From assembly GCA_009695045.1 (NCBI GenBank), contig SIBS01000001.1:42942-106941 (forward strand): DNA of 64,000 bases, written 5' to 3'. The notes beneath the pieces were generated by a model, which was given only the letters and a program-made list of their open reading frames with translations, searched no databases and was not told the origin of the DNA. The position numbers and the translations under genes were made by a program. Position 1 is the first letter of the stretch. Every line of letters begins with the position of its first letter. The stretch comes from Candidatus Levyibacteriota bacterium. Its GTDB lineage: Bacteria; Patescibacteriota; Microgenomatia; Levybacterales; UBA12049. Positions 63,632 through 64,000 of this stretch are shown here, piece after piece.

Positions 63632-64000
63632 AATTTATTATAAAAAAAAGAGTCATCTTTCTTTAAGGAGTTATATTCGCTATTTAAGTATTATTTTATG
63701 CTTAGGCGGCTTATCAATTTTTACATATGTTATATTACCATTTATCTCTTGGCAAATATATTTTGCGCCTGAATTTAATTATCAAGGAATAAAATCACCA
63801 ATACCAAGAGAAACAATTATTACATCTCATATTGGTGTTGATTTATTAAATCAAACAAAAAATAACTTTACAACAAACTACTCCGATATTCACAACTGGT
63901 TTCCTGGAATAAATATAAAAAATGAAAATAAAAAATTGCCATCAATAAATTCATATTCGCTTTCAATTCCCAAGCTTGAAATAAAAAATGCATATGTATC
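63624..64000 (+). CDS. sortase-family transpeptidase-like protein (N-terminal part; runs off window)
   Basis: N-terminal TM anchor; ...YSLSIPKLEIKNAYV... resembles the sortase LxIPxI...PV start of the beta-barrel. It overlaps the upstream stop by 8 nt. Confidence 0.35.
   Translation, partial: MSKIYYKKKSHLSLRSYIRYLSIILCLGGLSIFTYVILPFISWQIYFAPEFNYQGIKSPIPRETIITSHIGVDLLNQTKNNFTTNYSDIHNWFPGINIKNENKKLPSINSYSLSIPKLEIKNAYV

Noticed and set aside
1-64000. Alternative genetic code with UGA recoded (code 4 or 25), as in some CPR lineages
   Set aside because: All long housekeeping ORFs (rpoB 1126 aa, rpoC 1240 aa, fusA, secY) are intact under the standard code. TGA is used as a terminal stop, for example where infA's TGA overlaps the rpmJ ATG. 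Only one in-frame TGA was found (2616-2618).
1-64000. CRISPR array or other regularly spaced direct repeats
   Set aside because: No repeat-spacer periodicity is seen in any intergenic region. The long non-coding stretches (20473-20640, 25705-26330, 27308-27688) are AT-rich and unique or explained by the RNase P RNA gene, the HNH remnant and the tRNA.

Overview
This 64 kb window is AT-rich and uses the standard genetic code. Long ORFs such as rpoB and rpoC are intact, and TGA is seen as a stop. By recognisable protein motifs it is almost entirely core information-processing genes, mostly on the minus strand. Identified genes include secA (partial), serS, a class I-type lysyl-tRNA synthetase, aspartokinase, murB, greA, tsaD, rmuC, and a UvrD-helicase/Fe-S-nuclease fusion. 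Also present are RNase P RNA, hup, RNase Y, recX-recA, tRNA-Pro(GGG), and a complete ribosomal super-operon running from rpsJ through rplQ, rplM and rpsI. The str operon (rpsL-rpsG-fusA-tuf) is interrupted by three extra genes. The window ends with rpoB-rpoC, a short alaS, and a PilM/FtsA-like membrane protein followed by a sortase-like gene. Several traits point to a small Candidate-Phyla-Radiation/Patescibacteria-like genome: no rpmD (L30), a class I LysRS, an AlaRS without the C-Ala domain, an archaeal-type PPAT/DUF359 fusion, and very tight gene packing. No CRISPR array, intact prophage or obvious multi-gene defence island is visible. The notable items are local: two interrupted ORFs, one of them an HNH-endonuclease remnant beside the tRNA; a 41-bp perfect palindrome in the recA divergent promoter; tandem adenylate-kinase paralogs; and unrecognisable membrane proteins inserted into the str operon.
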